DNA from: a virus
Taxonomy: Duplodnaviria; Caudoviricetes
Virus record (IMG/VR): IMGVR_UViG_3300020814_000535
DNA: 64,000 nucleotides
Strand: one strand, 5' to 3'
In this document: positions 29,927 to 40,483 of the stretch, piece after piece
Layout: each line of letters begins with the position of its first letter
Position numbering within the stretch: the stretch's first letter is position 1
The notes under the pieces: model-generated
Told to the model about the DNA's origin: nothing
Seen by the model: only the letters and a program-made list of their open reading frames with translations
Database searches by the model: none
Position numbers and translations under genes: made by a program

Positions 29927-32900
29927 CTAACCACCAATAGTACCTACGGCATATCGACCAGTCCACTTTTTGAGCGTACCAACGATATTGTCCATCGTAT
30001 CTTCAAACCAGGCGTCATAACCAAGATCTGCCTCTGGCTTCCATTCTCCAAACAAGGTGCTCCAGGTAGACGCAGGCATTTTTCTTGTAGGAATCCCGCC
30101 CGTAAATGGACGTCCATGATGCAACAATGGGTTCATCGTGATGGGTTCTCCCCAAGGCGTGTAATTAAGGATCTTTTTGGCCACAAAAAGACCGACAGCT
30201 CCCATGGCCGCACTTATTGGAGCAGACAGCATAGTTGAGTATGGACTACTTAAAGCCCTCAGCTTACTGGCGGCTTGTTCACCCCAAACCTTCTTGTAAA
30301 CGCCTTCGGTAATAACCCCCAAAGCCTCCATCGAGCTAAGGAGACACCAGTCGTTAACATACACACACATATCTGGAGTAACCTCGGTTAGAAAACCGCT
30401 CTCACGAGTGAAGGTGTGAACTACCTGCTCTACGTCTATAGGACCAACCATATCCGAATAATCGTCTACAATAAAAATCGTGTCATAAGGCTTGATGCTC
30501 GCATCGCCAATACCGATAATATCTCCTTTGTAAATATCTTTCGCATCTCTAGCTAACAAACTCAATGCGTAGCGTCTTGCCATGTTTTCGTTGTTTACAT
30601 TAACAAACTCACCTACTCTAACTCTTGTATCTTCTGTTGGCAGAGCATTATCAAGTTTCAAAGTAAAAGACTCCATCTCAGTTTGCATTTGCAAATCAAC
30701 AGATTCTTTCTTTTCAGAATCTACCTGGCTTTTTGGATACTTAATAACAATTGTATTGGCAACATCTCTTGCATCGGCCTTGATATTATTCGCTACGATA
30801 TGAGAAGCCCCCGTCCATAGATGATACTGTCTAAATGGGCGAATAAATCCTGCTTCTTTAGCCAACTGCAAACGCTGTTCGTTGTATTTGGCAAATGTCT
30901 TCTTTACTTCTTTTGTCTTGTTAAAGATCTGTTCAACACTATTTAAACTACCAGCACTAGTCCCCATTGGCGTAACTGCAGCAAGAACTTGGTGGGCATT
31001 TATTTGTTTCCGCGACTCAATCGTCTCTTCTTCCGCAATAGCTTTAACCTTAGCTTGAGCAGACTGTTCGTCTGAAGTAGCTGTTCTAGCAAAATACATC
31101 TGATTGGGAAGGCCAAAGAAGTAAGTCATCCGCTCGCCGTATTTGTCAGGATAAGGAACAGGAGAGCCAATAAAGTTTGGATGTCTTAGCTCGAGTTCCT
31201 TGAAGATATCCCAAATTGTTGTCTGATAAATAAAGTACTTCAATTCCTTAAAGATTATCCCAGACCCAAACTTAGCTAGATCCTCTTCTGCTCGAGGAGC
31301 AAAGATATTGTCGTCTTCCGGAGCAGGAACGAATTGCCACTTGTGGGTTAACAGATCTCGTTCACTCGTTGTATCTCCGCGCGCCCACCGACCAAAGTGG
31401 AGAATCTCAGGTTGAGCCAACATCTCCTCAAAGATACGTCCTGTTGTAGCGTTGTCAGTAAAACCCCACCAGCACCAGGTCCCAAGTCCCCAGGTATTCT
31501 TGGATGTCGGCTTATCTAGTCCTTTAATATCTTGTTGCAATTCAGTCGCGTGGCTTTGAGCAACAATGGTTACTAGATCGTCTGTATCCGAGAAGAGGAC
31601 AGCCTGTATCTTGCCTGTGAAAACTCCGTCTAGCAGTTTGGGATCCGCCGAATAACCCAATTTAAGATGAATGTCCATTCCTTCTTGAAGTAGAAGGGAG
31701 GCTATTGGATTCTCTTGAAGTGTATTTGCTTTCGAAGGATCATCTAAAGCTCCCATTTCCGACACCAAGTTGCCCTTGCTGTCTCTTGGAGCGTTGCCTT
31801 TTGAATCATATCTTCCTCTCTGCGAATCATCTTCATGTTTGAATTTTCTATTACTAAGAACTCCAGAAACATTTGTTAGCTCAATTACACAGAGATCTGC
31901 AGCAATCTTTCTGCTTTTGATAACGCGAATTGATTGAACAGAATTGTAAGAAAAGAAATCGTCATAGGCCAGGCGCTTTCTCTGACCCGAATCATCTTCG
32001 ATAAAGTAAAGCTTGAATGTTGGGAATGCTCTAACTAATCTTTGAGCTTGTCCCTTTAAAAGCCTAGTCTCAAAATCATTAATTGCTTCGATCAAAGGAG
32101 AAGTGGTCGTAGAAGTAATATCCAGGGGAGTCGACCGTGCAGCGATTTTATTCATTGCGCGTCTTGATTGTTCGGCCATCTGGCGACCAGCATTCTTTCC
32201 CTTGATCCAAGGAATGTTCGAATCCACAACAGGATTCATAATCTTACTTTTATCTTTATTAGACTGAACACTCCAACATTCAAAATGCAAATGAGGTCTT
32301 GTATAAGGATAACCACTTCTTCCAAGAACAGCGATACAATCTCCGGCTTTTACCTTAGCTCCTGCCTTAACACCAGGGTTGATCGCCTGAAGGTGCATAT
32401 ATCTTGTATACTTAACTTGCTTGCCATTCGGATGCGCAATCTCTATAAACAATCCAGCCTGAGGAGTTGGAACTTTGCTGGCGAATTTAACAACTCCGTC
32501 CGCCACGCAATAAACTTCTATTCCAACATTGCCAAAGATATCCACACCCTCGTGAACGTACCCAATCTTTTTACCTTTATCTCTACTCCAAGCCATATAC
32601 TGCGCATGCGTAGCCTTACTTAAATTTGGGAAATCAGAAGGATTGCAACAGCCAGCTTCTACAAGAGTTTTTCTTGCAGCTGGAGAATTCCAATGAGCTA
32701 CCGCGCTCTTCCTTCTGCCTTCAAAAGAAAAAGGAGTCGTTCCAATATCTCTAACACCCAGAGGCTCGTTAATAACCGAATAGCTAGCTACAGGACAAAC
32801 CATACCGTATTCATTTGGGGTCTGAGTTGACTTCTTGGGTGGCCACGAAAACTGGAATTCAAGCGGTTCAATACCTAAATCAGAATTTGATCCGGATCTC

Positions 32901-35833
32901 ACTCCAACAGAAGCGGAAGGGCTGGTATCTTTACCTCCACTCGGAGTTGTCGTTCCGCCCATACGAGCCGTAACGCCTCCCCACAGTTCGTGAGTGTCGG
33001 AAGAATGAGGAATCAAACCTTGGCTCTGAATGACATACTCATCGTCATACCAGTTGGTGGAAATTCTACTGGGATCTGGTTTAACGGTTAGCTTAATGCC
33101 TTCTCCTGAATTACCTCCCTCATTCTCGTTGCGGGTAGAGTTGTTGTAAGAGATTTTATCGTAGAGAGGCTTCGCCATCTCGTTCTTAGCTAACTCTTCA
33201 ATAGCTTTTCTTGGACCTTTATCACCTCCACCAATATGTTCTAGATACGACTTCTTAAAGAAGTTTCCAGTTGAATCTTGAGCTTGGTCATATAGAGCAA
33301 GACTGTGTTCTCTAGCTTGATTCAAAAGGTTGCTGTCAATTAAAGATCCAGCTGTAGCTGCGGCTATTGATCCATCGTAGGTTGGATACCAGAAGTAGAT
33401 ATCAGGATCGTAGTCTATTAGTTTCTCTTTGGTAAACGTTGCATCCATCGACGATCCGACAGAAGAAAGTTGTTCTCTGAAATCTGGATAGGCTGTTTTT
33501 CCTTGCCCGATTCCCAGGCTTTCTTTCTTAATCTTGAGATGCTCGAACTCTGGAAGAGTTAGATATTCTCCATTAATGATTTTGTCCAACAAAGCTGAAA
33601 GATCTTTTTGGTATCTCTGAAAACCAAGTTCTTGTAGTCTTTGCTTTTTTTTATCATTTGCATCAGACATTCTGCTAATAGCTTTCTGGATGTCATTCAT
33701 TTGGCGCTCACCTTCGCCAGAACCTCCTCCGCTCCTACTAATAACATCTCTCTTTAGCTTATCGACTCCAAAAATAGAACCGTTGTTTGGCAAAGCTTCA
33801 ATCAATGAATAAGTTTGCCATCCCCCTCTCCAGGAATACATATCTCCGCGCCCGCTCCCAAATGTAACGCCAGGAGACATATTCCCATTCTTCCACATTC
33901 CACTTTCGGCATATTGGTCTCCCTTTCCCCAAACACCGCTCTTGCTAAACGTAGCTCCAGCTTTATCTGGGTAGATCGCTTCCATTACATCTTTGGCTAG
34001 TTTGTTATATAGAATACAACCTTCCAGAACCAGGTCATAAAAAGCTTTGTTCTGTTTTGAACTAGAGACAGAAGGCTCGATCATATACCAGCATTCTCTA
34101 GAGGCCTTAGTATTCTTGTAAAGAACCTTCCAAACTTCATTTCTCATTCCATTCTCACTCATCACGAATTCTTGTTGAAGGGCTTCTTGGTCTTCCAGGC
34201 GGGTTTTGCTTTCAATGCCGGCAGACGTCAATGACAAGATAGCTTTAGAACGTCCAGGTTGATCTGGAATAGTCGCGGCATCAAAAGACTTCCCTATAAA
34301 TTCTGAGAGACCAAAAAGACTCAGAAAGTCATTCTTCACAAATACGTTTCTTATCCCTTGCGGGACCATCTTGTAACGAAGATTAATGTTTTCCCAGGAA
34401 TCATAGATGTTTGCCAGATTGTTTACCGCATAGTTTGTTCCATTCATAGTAAACTCGGCTGTTGAATCATAGCCTCCTGTAAACTGACAAGTCGGATAAG
34501 AATGACCAGCCATTGCAATAATGGCAATACAGGGAGAGAAAGTTACAGAACAAGCTTCCAGTACAATGCCATTGTTAGGCATTCCAGGAGTAGAGGAGCT
34601 AATCAGGAAACTTTCTTCTTTGCGATAGAGTTTGTATCCGCCGGCAGATATCTTCTTTCCGCCCACCTTGATCGAGGCTTGAGTTCCAAAACCTTCCATC
34701 TCTTGATACAAACTAAGCTGGGAATCTTCCTTCTCGGCTTGTTTAATCATCTGCAAACGTTTCAACACTTCTGCTCCAGCCGAATTGATAGCTTCTTTAT
34801 TTTCGTTTACAACAGCCTTCCCCGACTTCTTGCTCTGCATATAGCCAGGAGTAAGTTTCTGGAGTACTGGCAAAAGAACTTCGGAGGTTGCCTTGGTTAA
34901 CTCGCCCTTCTGGAATCCCATCAGAGCCATTCCTTCTGGCTGTGTTAGAATTCCTCTCTCCTTCATCTTCTGAGCCCAGGTATCTACAGCATATTGGCTA
35001 ATCAAAGTATCTGAGTTCTCAACAGGAACGCATCTTCCCTGAACCCCAGGAAGATCGAAGTTAGAGCTTTGGCCATAGTCTAGAGTTTCGCGCCAAGCCT
35101 CCATTGCTCCATCAGGATTACCTTTTAATGTGTCGAGAAGTTCCTTTGCGGCTGCTTCCGCTGCAGCGTTCGTGTGCGGAAGAATCTTGAATTTATTCCA
35201 GGCAATAGTTGTTCTTTCGGCTTCGCTATTGAGTCCGATGTAGGGCCAAGTAACTGACTGACATTTCTTAAGCACAGGTTGATAGAACATCTTCCATAAA
35301 TCGGAATCTTTAATGTTTCCGGGAGAGGCGAAATCTGGCCCTGTTTTAAAAGCCAGGGTCGAAACGTAGGGAAAGTAGTTAAACCAGATAAAGTTAAATT
35401 GACCGTGCAGCGTATCTGGCATTCCCGGAATCGTCGAGAAAGTCATCGACGTAAGGACTAGCGCAGTTTGATTGAGTTCCTTGTACTTTTCGTCTCTTTG
35501 GCCGCCGACCAATGCTAATTGATCGTTTAGATATTTATTCGAGACTACACAGAAAGGAGTCGATCTTAGTCCTGCGAATAAAGGACGAAGACGATTGTTA
35601 ATTGATTCGTTTCCGCAAAAAGGAACAGATAAAGAAACGCTGATAACCGAATGGCCAGATTTGGCCTTCTGCGGAGCTGCTGCCCGAAGAGAATCCCACT
35701 GATTCAAGAAACTTCTTCTACTAACAGATATCTGATCTGGAGGTATTTGCAGAAGAACATCGTTAATCGTAAAGTCGTCTTCTTCTACCTTGCCAGCTCT
35801 AATTGCAGATTTGATTTCGGTAGTTTCGGGCAA
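29927..35833 (-). CDS. baseplate hub / tail-associated lysin with an M23 metallopeptidase domain
   Basis: M23 motifs HEGVD (HxxxD), 'TRYMHL', 'VKAGDCIAVLGRSG...PHLHFE' at about 32230..32800; C-terminal hub-like region 'IHLKLGYS...GVFTGKI' and 'GDASIKPYD'. Confidence 0.8.
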   Translation of the reverse strand: MPETTEIKSAIRAGKVEEDDFTINDVLLQIPPDQISVSRRSFLNQWDSLRAAAPQKAKSGHSVISVSLSVPFCGNESINNRLRPLFAGLRSTPFCVVSNKYLNDQLALVGGQRDEKYKELNQTALVLTSMTFSTIPGMPDTLHGQFNFIWFNYFPYVSTLAFKTGPDFASPGNIKDSDLWKMFYQPVLKKCQSVTWPYIGLNSEAERTTIAWNKFKILPHTNAAAEAAAKELLDTLKGNPDGAMEAWRETLDYGQSSNFDLPGVQGRCVPVENSDTLISQYAVDTWAQKMKERGILTQPEGMALMGFQKGELTKATSEVLLPVLQKLTPGYMQSKKSGKAVVNENKEAINSAGAEVLKRLQMIKQAEKEDSQLSLYQEMEGFGTQASIKVGGKKISAGGYKLYRKEESFLISSSTPGMPNNGIVLEACSVTFSPCIAIIAMAGHSYPTCQFTGGYDSTAEFTMNGTNYAVNNLANIYDSWENINLRYKMVPQGIRNVFVKNDFLSLFGLSEFIGKSFDAATIPDQPGRSKAILSLTSAGIESKTRLEDQEALQQEFVMSENGMRNEVWKVLYKNTKASRECWYMIEPSVSSSKQNKAFYDLVLEGCILYNKLAKDVMEAIYPDKAGATFSKSGVWGKGDQYAESGMWKNGNMSPGVTFGSGRGDMYSWRGGWQTYSLIEALPNNGSIFGVDKLKRDVISRSGGGSGEGERQMNDIQKAISRMSDANDKKKQRLQELGFQRYQKDLSALLDKIINGEYLTLPEFEHLKIKKESLGIGQGKTAYPDFREQLSSVGSSMDATFTKEKLIDYDPDIYFWYPTYDGSIAAATAGSLIDSNLLNQAREHSLALYDQAQDSTGNFFKKSYLEHIGGGDKGPRKAIEELAKNEMAKPLYDKISYNNSTRNENEGGNSGEGIKLTVKPDPSRISTNWYDDEYVIQSQGLIPHSSDTHELWGGVTARMGGTTTPSGGKDTSPSASVGVRSGSNSDLGIEPLEFQFSWPPKKSTQTPNEYGMVCPVASYSVINEPLGVRDIGTTPFSFEGRRKSAVAHWNSPAARKTLVEAGCCNPSDFPNLSKATHAQYMAWSRDKGKKIGYVHEGVDIFGNVGIEVYCVADGVVKFASKVPTPQAGLFIEIAHPNGKQVKYTRYMHLQAINPGVKAGAKVKAGDCIAVLGRSGYPYTRPHLHFECWSVQSNKDKSKIMNPVVDSNIPWIKGKNAGRQMAEQSRRAMNKIAARSTPLDITSTTTSPLIEAINDFETRLLKGQAQRLVRAFPTFKLYFIEDDSGQRKRLAYDDFFSYNSVQSIRVIKSRKIAADLCVIELTNVSGVLSNRKFKHEDDSQRGRYDSKGNAPRDSKGNLVSEMGALDDPSKANTLQENPIASLLLQEGMDIHLKLGYSADPKLLDGVFTGKIQAVLFSDTDDLVTIVAQSHATELQQDIKGLDKPTSKNTWGLGTWCWWGFTDNATTGRIFEEMLAQPEILHFGRWARGDTTSERDLLTHKWQFVPAPEDDNIFAPRAEEDLAKFGSGIIFKELKYFIYQTTIWDIFKELELRHPNFIGSPVPYPDKYGERMTYFFGLPNQMYFARTATSDEQSAQAKVKAIAEEETIESRKQINAHQVLAAVTPMGTSAGSLNSVEQIFNKTKEVKKTFAKYNEQRLQLAKEAGFIRPFRQYHLWTGASHIVANNIKADARDVANTIVIKYPKSQVDSEKKESVDLQMQTEMESFTLKLDNALPTEDTRVRVGEFVNVNNENMARRYALSLLARDAKDIYKGDIIGIGDASIKPYDTIFIVDDYSDMVGPIDVEQVVHTFTRESGFLTEVTPDMCVYVNDWCLLSSMEALGVITEGVYKKVWGEQAASKLRALSSPYSTMLSAPISAAMGAVGLFVAKKILNYTPWGEPITMNPLLHHGRPFTGGIPTRKMPASTWSTLFGEWKPEADLGYDAWFEDTMDNIVGTLKKWTGRYAVGTIGG

Positions 35834-35836
35834 GTA

Positions 35837-38800
35837 TTAATCCTCGTTCATAATCTTAGAAAGTCTTTGCGGCGTAAGGGAAGCTCTGTCGTCCATTACT
35901 CTAGAATTTACATTCGCTCCACCCAATGCAACTGATATCTCAGAGTTTAACATACCAAAATTGATTCCTCCAGGAGATGAGCCTCTGACCTGAACATTGG
36001 TTCCTGCAGGAGAAATACGGGCTCTATTCATTCCAGCCATTGGTGTTTGTGCCGTAGGACTACCTTTCATTGCATGATAATTGTCAGGATCATGGATATT
36101 GGTTCCTATGTATTGGCCGCCACTTCCTGATTTCATTCTAGGCATTGGTGGAGCCAAGTCTCCAGGTCCCATTGTCTTCGGTGGACTACTAAACAAAGCA
36201 GCTATTCCAATCGCCGCCCCAATTCCCAATGCAACAGGCTTTGCATGCTCAATCAGCTTTCCGCCTGTAGCCATCAGTCTATTCTTAACAGCCATTGCTC
36301 TCTGAGTAACTTCGGACATTGTTCCAGGAGTGTGCAAAGGAGGAACTGCACCAGCAAGCGGAGAAGCTCCTTTGAAGCTTCTGGTAAGCAACGAAGACAT
36401 TTCTTCTGCGGTAATGTTTCTCGCGCGCCCTCGCTGGATATCTCGAAATCTAGCAGGGCTCATTCCGTAGGCTGGGTTGAACTTGTGGAATGACGTCATT
36501 GAGCCCGAGATGTCCTGAGCCGCTTGTTCTAGGCCGATACCTGGAATATCTTTCTCGATTAATCCATTAAGCCCTTCCAGCGCAACAGTCCCACCCTCGT
36601 CCATAAAACGCGCACCAATAGTTCCTGTGCCAACAACCTGTCTTACATTCCTAACAAGACTTTCTGTATCGCGATTACCAATAGCTTGTTGAATATTTCC
36701 CATCAAAGTAAGAATGTTCTTTTCTTCACCAGGTTTAATGTGCTTTCCAGAAATCGGAGTTTGTTCCAACCACTCAAGTAGCCCAAGGGCATTCATCTGC
36801 CTCTGATGACTAAGAGCTTTTGAGTTCTCGAGGATAGCTGCCCGTGCGGTCTGAGTTGCCTCGGAAATCAAGCCAATCTGCTCTTTAGTCGCACCTAATT
36901 TAATAGCTGCTCCAGCCATAGCTTCTGTATCGGCAATAGAGATACCACTGACCGCAGCCTTCTTTGCTTTGAGCAACTGATTGCGAATCATATAAGCATC
37001 CGCTTCTGCAGAACGAGATCTCTTAATAGCTTCATCGCTAAGGTTGGAAGAAAGCATCATGGCAGAAATAATGTCAGCATCATAGTCTCCCATAGCTCCC
37101 ATCATTGGAGAAAGTCTGAGTAGTCCCAAATCTTCGAGAGCATCCCCGTTCTTTAAGTAGGCTTTCGTAACCCTTTCACCAAAATACGCATACGGCCCTT
37201 CTCCCTCAACGACCTTAAATTCCACAGGTACAGCAGAATATGGAGAAATGGAAGGATGTCGCATCATCATGCCACCAATTGAGCCACCCTCCGCAAACAA
37301 CTTTTCCTTTATCTTGCCAACTTCTAAGCCCCCGTAAAGCTCTTCCATGTCTTTTAACATCATCTCTGCATAATCCTTTGTTATACCAATTTGATTCTGC
37401 TTCAAGAAAACACCAGGATTAGGTGGAGCTGCAGTCAAGAATCTACTTCCCATCAAACGTCCGCGCATCAAGGATTCACCACCAGTCCCCGTCAACATTC
37501 TTGCTCGAGTAATATCTTGAGCAAACTGATGCATCTCTGCCTGCATAGCTGTTCGATTTATTTCTCCTCTTTCAAATTGCTCAGCTACATCAACAAATCC
37601 TCTGTACTTGGCAGCCAAATCCGGAATGACCTCTTCTCCAGAGGGAGGAACATATGAGGCTAATTGCGAGATTGTATCTGCCGCAGGTACGTAAAAATCT
37701 CCTAAGCCAGAAAGATTTACGAGACCACCTTTCTGAAAGAAGTCTTTAGTAAGTTGAGAAGGAGTCAATCCAAGTCCGCCAGAAGGCTTAATTAAACTTT
37801 CAATCGATTTTCCAAGCTCGCTCGCCTCAAAAGCTTTGTGTGGATATCTGTAGGTCATTCGTCCCATAATCTCTTCGTGAACATCTCGTCCAAGCTCACC
37901 CAGATTAGGGGCCGTTAAAAACTCAAACAATCGAGGCTCAATTGTTCCTCTACCGCCCGAACCCGAACCATACTCTCCTGCAAAAGAGAATTGAGCTATA
38001 CCAATCGGAATTCCTCTAGAAATCTCTGCAGCTTCTTGAGAAGAGAGACCGACAGTCTTCTGCCAATAACCCCTAGAAACTGGAACAGAAAGAGCTTCTT
38101 GAGCTTTCACCAAAGCTTCTTCGAAAGAAACATTTTGAGACTTAGCTAAACGAGCTGCTGTCAGATTGGTGAGCCAGTCAGACTCTAAGTTCTTCCATCC
38201 AAACACCTCTGGCACTGCTCCGAAAACACGCCCCATCTGTTCTGGAGAAAGTTTACTTGCACGAGCAATCCTGACAAGTTCTGACAAAACTTGTTCTCTT
38301 TGAAGCCCTCCGCTAGCTTCGGCAACCTGTGTAATTTGATTCATCGTTGCCAAAGGATTCCTTAAAAATTCTGAAGTTATTCCTCTTTCGGGCGCTCCAT
38401 ATGTTTTCCAACTAGTCCCAGATCCACGACGTCTTCCAATCCTTGATTTCGACATATTTAATTTTGCGTAGTCATATAGGGCTGTAAACATCTGTTTGTA
38501 ATGAAGCTGTCTATTTTTACGCAGTTCGTCCATTGAAATAAGAGCATCCACGCCAAGTCCAGCACCGCCCACTCTTTTTCCTATCCATTCTCTCATTGCA
38601 TCGGTCTCAACAACTGTAAGCATAGCTTTAGCGTCACCGAATACTTTGAATCGCTCCATCCGTCCCGTTTCGCTAATACCTGTAACCTGTACATAGTCTC
38701 CAGTGTTTTTGTCTTGATGTCTAATCGCATTAATCAATTTCATATTACGTCTTGCAACTACAGGCTCTCCATGGGGATCGTAGCCAAGAACAGTCCCTTT

Positions 38801-40483
38801 CTCTATCTCCTTGTTTAAATCCCGAGAAGGAACTCGGAGGCCCCAATCTGCTTCTCTTGGATTTAAGATCTCTCCTAAACCAAGTAGAGAATCACTAGCA
38901 ACCTTCATTCTCTCAATTTGCAACTGGCCAAATTGAGCCGCTTTCTCCCTGGAAATAATACCCGAACCTTCAAGCATTAGTCCTTGCATTTCAGAACCCA
39001 TGCTCGAGGGAATATACATAGTTCGAACCATCGGGATAGGCGTTGCTCTCTTTTTGGCCGCCCACCCAAAACGACTTGTTAGGGGGTCTTCTAGGATGGC
39101 TGTCTCAGAAGAAATCGTTGGTGTAAACAAATCTCGAATTGCCTGACCAGGTCTACGAGCCCAATCAAACTCACTAGAAAACAAAGGATCTAGTTTTCTG
39201 ACGTCCGTAAGAGAAATAATCCTGTTAGCTATTTGATTAGGAGAATGTCCAGGAAAAACACTTAATCTCTTTTCTCCTTCAAAAATACCTCGACTCAATA
39301 AATCTGAATAATAAAGAGAACTTTCAATCTCTTCTCCAGCGGGTCCATACAAGTGGGCAATATGTTTTCTTAAGCCGATATATTCGTCATGCCCCGCATG
39401 CAAGTCTTTTGGAAGTCGATCTACCCATTCTAGAGGTTGAGTGATTTGTTGATGAAAAGCGCGTTCCACTTCGTGAATACGACGTCTGGTTAATTTGTGC
39501 TCTTGCATCATTTCGTGAACATGTTGACTCAAAAGAACTTGAGCGGCCCACTCCTCATATCGAGCATTCTTCTTAAGTAGATATCCTTCCGTAGTCTTCT
39601 CTGTTAACCAAAACTCTCCGGCAATGTATTGAGACTGCTGCGTAGCCCCTTTAACAACCATTTTTTTGTCTTTTCTCAGAGACAAAGGAATAGTAAAGGT
39701 CGCCTGTGGGATCTTATATCCCTTTTTACCTTTGAGTTGTTTTCCAAGATAGGGTGAATCAAAAATCTGGATTCTTAATTCAGATCCAGGAACATCGGGT
39801 CTCGCCGTACCCCTTAGACGAACATGCCCCTTCAGAGTTTTCTCAATCTCTTGTATAGTCTCTGCTAAACTTCCCCTTCCTTCTAGGCTGGCAAGAGAAA
39901 TACTTTGGAGTTTTTGTCTTGGCAACTTTGGAAGTTCTGTTGTAACCAGTCCAAGACCCTGGTCAAGCCTCCCTCTTAAGACATCAACATCTCTCAGGAA
40001 GGCAGATACTGTACGCTGCATGTAGATTGAAGAAGAACCTTTTGCAGTTTGTTCGAGGTCGCGCAGAAGGTCTACAGCGGTTTGGGCCTGCCCATTCATA
40101 ATCTTTTCGGTCAGTAGACCTGCAAACTTTCCGGTAGGATCGGAATGTTTAAGAGCCCTAGTAATTGCCGAATCAACATCTTTGAAACTTAATGTCGTCA
40201 CGCCTCTCTCAACCTCATCAATAAGATTTCTCAGTCCAGTTGCGCTAAAATCACTAACTCTTCCAGTGGGAATCCCTTTAAAGAGAGTCGAGGTTGCATT
40301 CTGGGTTGCTGAATAGGCTTTCTCAAATGGGCTGGGAAGATTAGCCCTTCCTAGTTCACCAAAGATACTCTTGAAATCAGTATCGACATACCACTTACGC
40401 ACACCTAGCCCAACAGCTGCGGTTCCGCCAGCAGTGGCTACTACATCCTTAAAGGAAATATCATCATCTTTCTTGAGAGGCAT
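35837..40483 (-). CDS. candidate single-chain two-barrel (beta + beta'-like) RNA polymerase, probably virion-associated
   Basis: colinear motifs EGSGIIS (aa 505), K613/K619, VDALIS, GGRGTIEPRL, LMRGRLMGSR, RHP (R1075), DYDAD (D1133/1135/1137), EQIGLIS, EQTPISGKH (H1248); hydrophobic segments at both ends. Confidence 0.75.
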   Translation of the reverse strand: MPLKKDDDISFKDVVATAGGTAAVGLGVRKWYVDTDFKSIFGELGRANLPSPFEKAYSATQNATSTLFKGIPTGRVSDFSATGLRNLIDEVERGVTTLSFKDVDSAITRALKHSDPTGKFAGLLTEKIMNGQAQTAVDLLRDLEQTAKGSSSIYMQRTVSAFLRDVDVLRGRLDQGLGLVTTELPKLPRQKLQSISLASLEGRGSLAETIQEIEKTLKGHVRLRGTARPDVPGSELRIQIFDSPYLGKQLKGKKGYKIPQATFTIPLSLRKDKKMVVKGATQQSQYIAGEFWLTEKTTEGYLLKKNARYEEWAAQVLLSQHVHEMMQEHKLTRRRIHEVERAFHQQITQPLEWVDRLPKDLHAGHDEYIGLRKHIAHLYGPAGEEIESSLYYSDLLSRGIFEGEKRLSVFPGHSPNQIANRIISLTDVRKLDPLFSSEFDWARRPGQAIRDLFTPTISSETAILEDPLTSRFGWAAKKRATPIPMVRTMYIPSSMGSEMQGLMLEGSGIISREKAAQFGQLQIERMKVASDSLLGLGEILNPREADWGLRVPSRDLNKEIEKGTVLGYDPHGEPVVARRNMKLINAIRHQDKNTGDYVQVTGISETGRMERFKVFGDAKAMLTVVETDAMREWIGKRVGGAGLGVDALISMDELRKNRQLHYKQMFTALYDYAKLNMSKSRIGRRRGSGTSWKTYGAPERGITSEFLRNPLATMNQITQVAEASGGLQREQVLSELVRIARASKLSPEQMGRVFGAVPEVFGWKNLESDWLTNLTAARLAKSQNVSFEEALVKAQEALSVPVSRGYWQKTVGLSSQEAAEISRGIPIGIAQFSFAGEYGSGSGGRGTIEPRLFEFLTAPNLGELGRDVHEEIMGRMTYRYPHKAFEASELGKSIESLIKPSGGLGLTPSQLTKDFFQKGGLVNLSGLGDFYVPAADTISQLASYVPPSGEEVIPDLAAKYRGFVDVAEQFERGEINRTAMQAEMHQFAQDITRARMLTGTGGESLMRGRLMGSRFLTAAPPNPGVFLKQNQIGITKDYAEMMLKDMEELYGGLEVGKIKEKLFAEGGSIGGMMMRHPSISPYSAVPVEFKVVEGEGPYAYFGERVTKAYLKNGDALEDLGLLRLSPMMGAMGDYDADIISAMMLSSNLSDEAIKRSRSAEADAYMIRNQLLKAKKAAVSGISIADTEAMAGAAIKLGATKEQIGLISEATQTARAAILENSKALSHQRQMNALGLLEWLEQTPISGKHIKPGEEKNILTLMGNIQQAIGNRDTESLVRNVRQVVGTGTIGARFMDEGGTVALEGLNGLIEKDIPGIGLEQAAQDISGSMTSFHKFNPAYGMSPARFRDIQRGRARNITAEEMSSLLTRSFKGASPLAGAVPPLHTPGTMSEVTQRAMAVKNRLMATGGKLIEHAKPVALGIGAAIGIAALFSSPPKTMGPGDLAPPMPRMKSGSGGQYIGTNIHDPDNYHAMKGSPTAQTPMAGMNRARISPAGTNVQVRGSSPGGINFGMLNSEISVALGGANVNSRVMDDRASLTPQRLSKIMNED

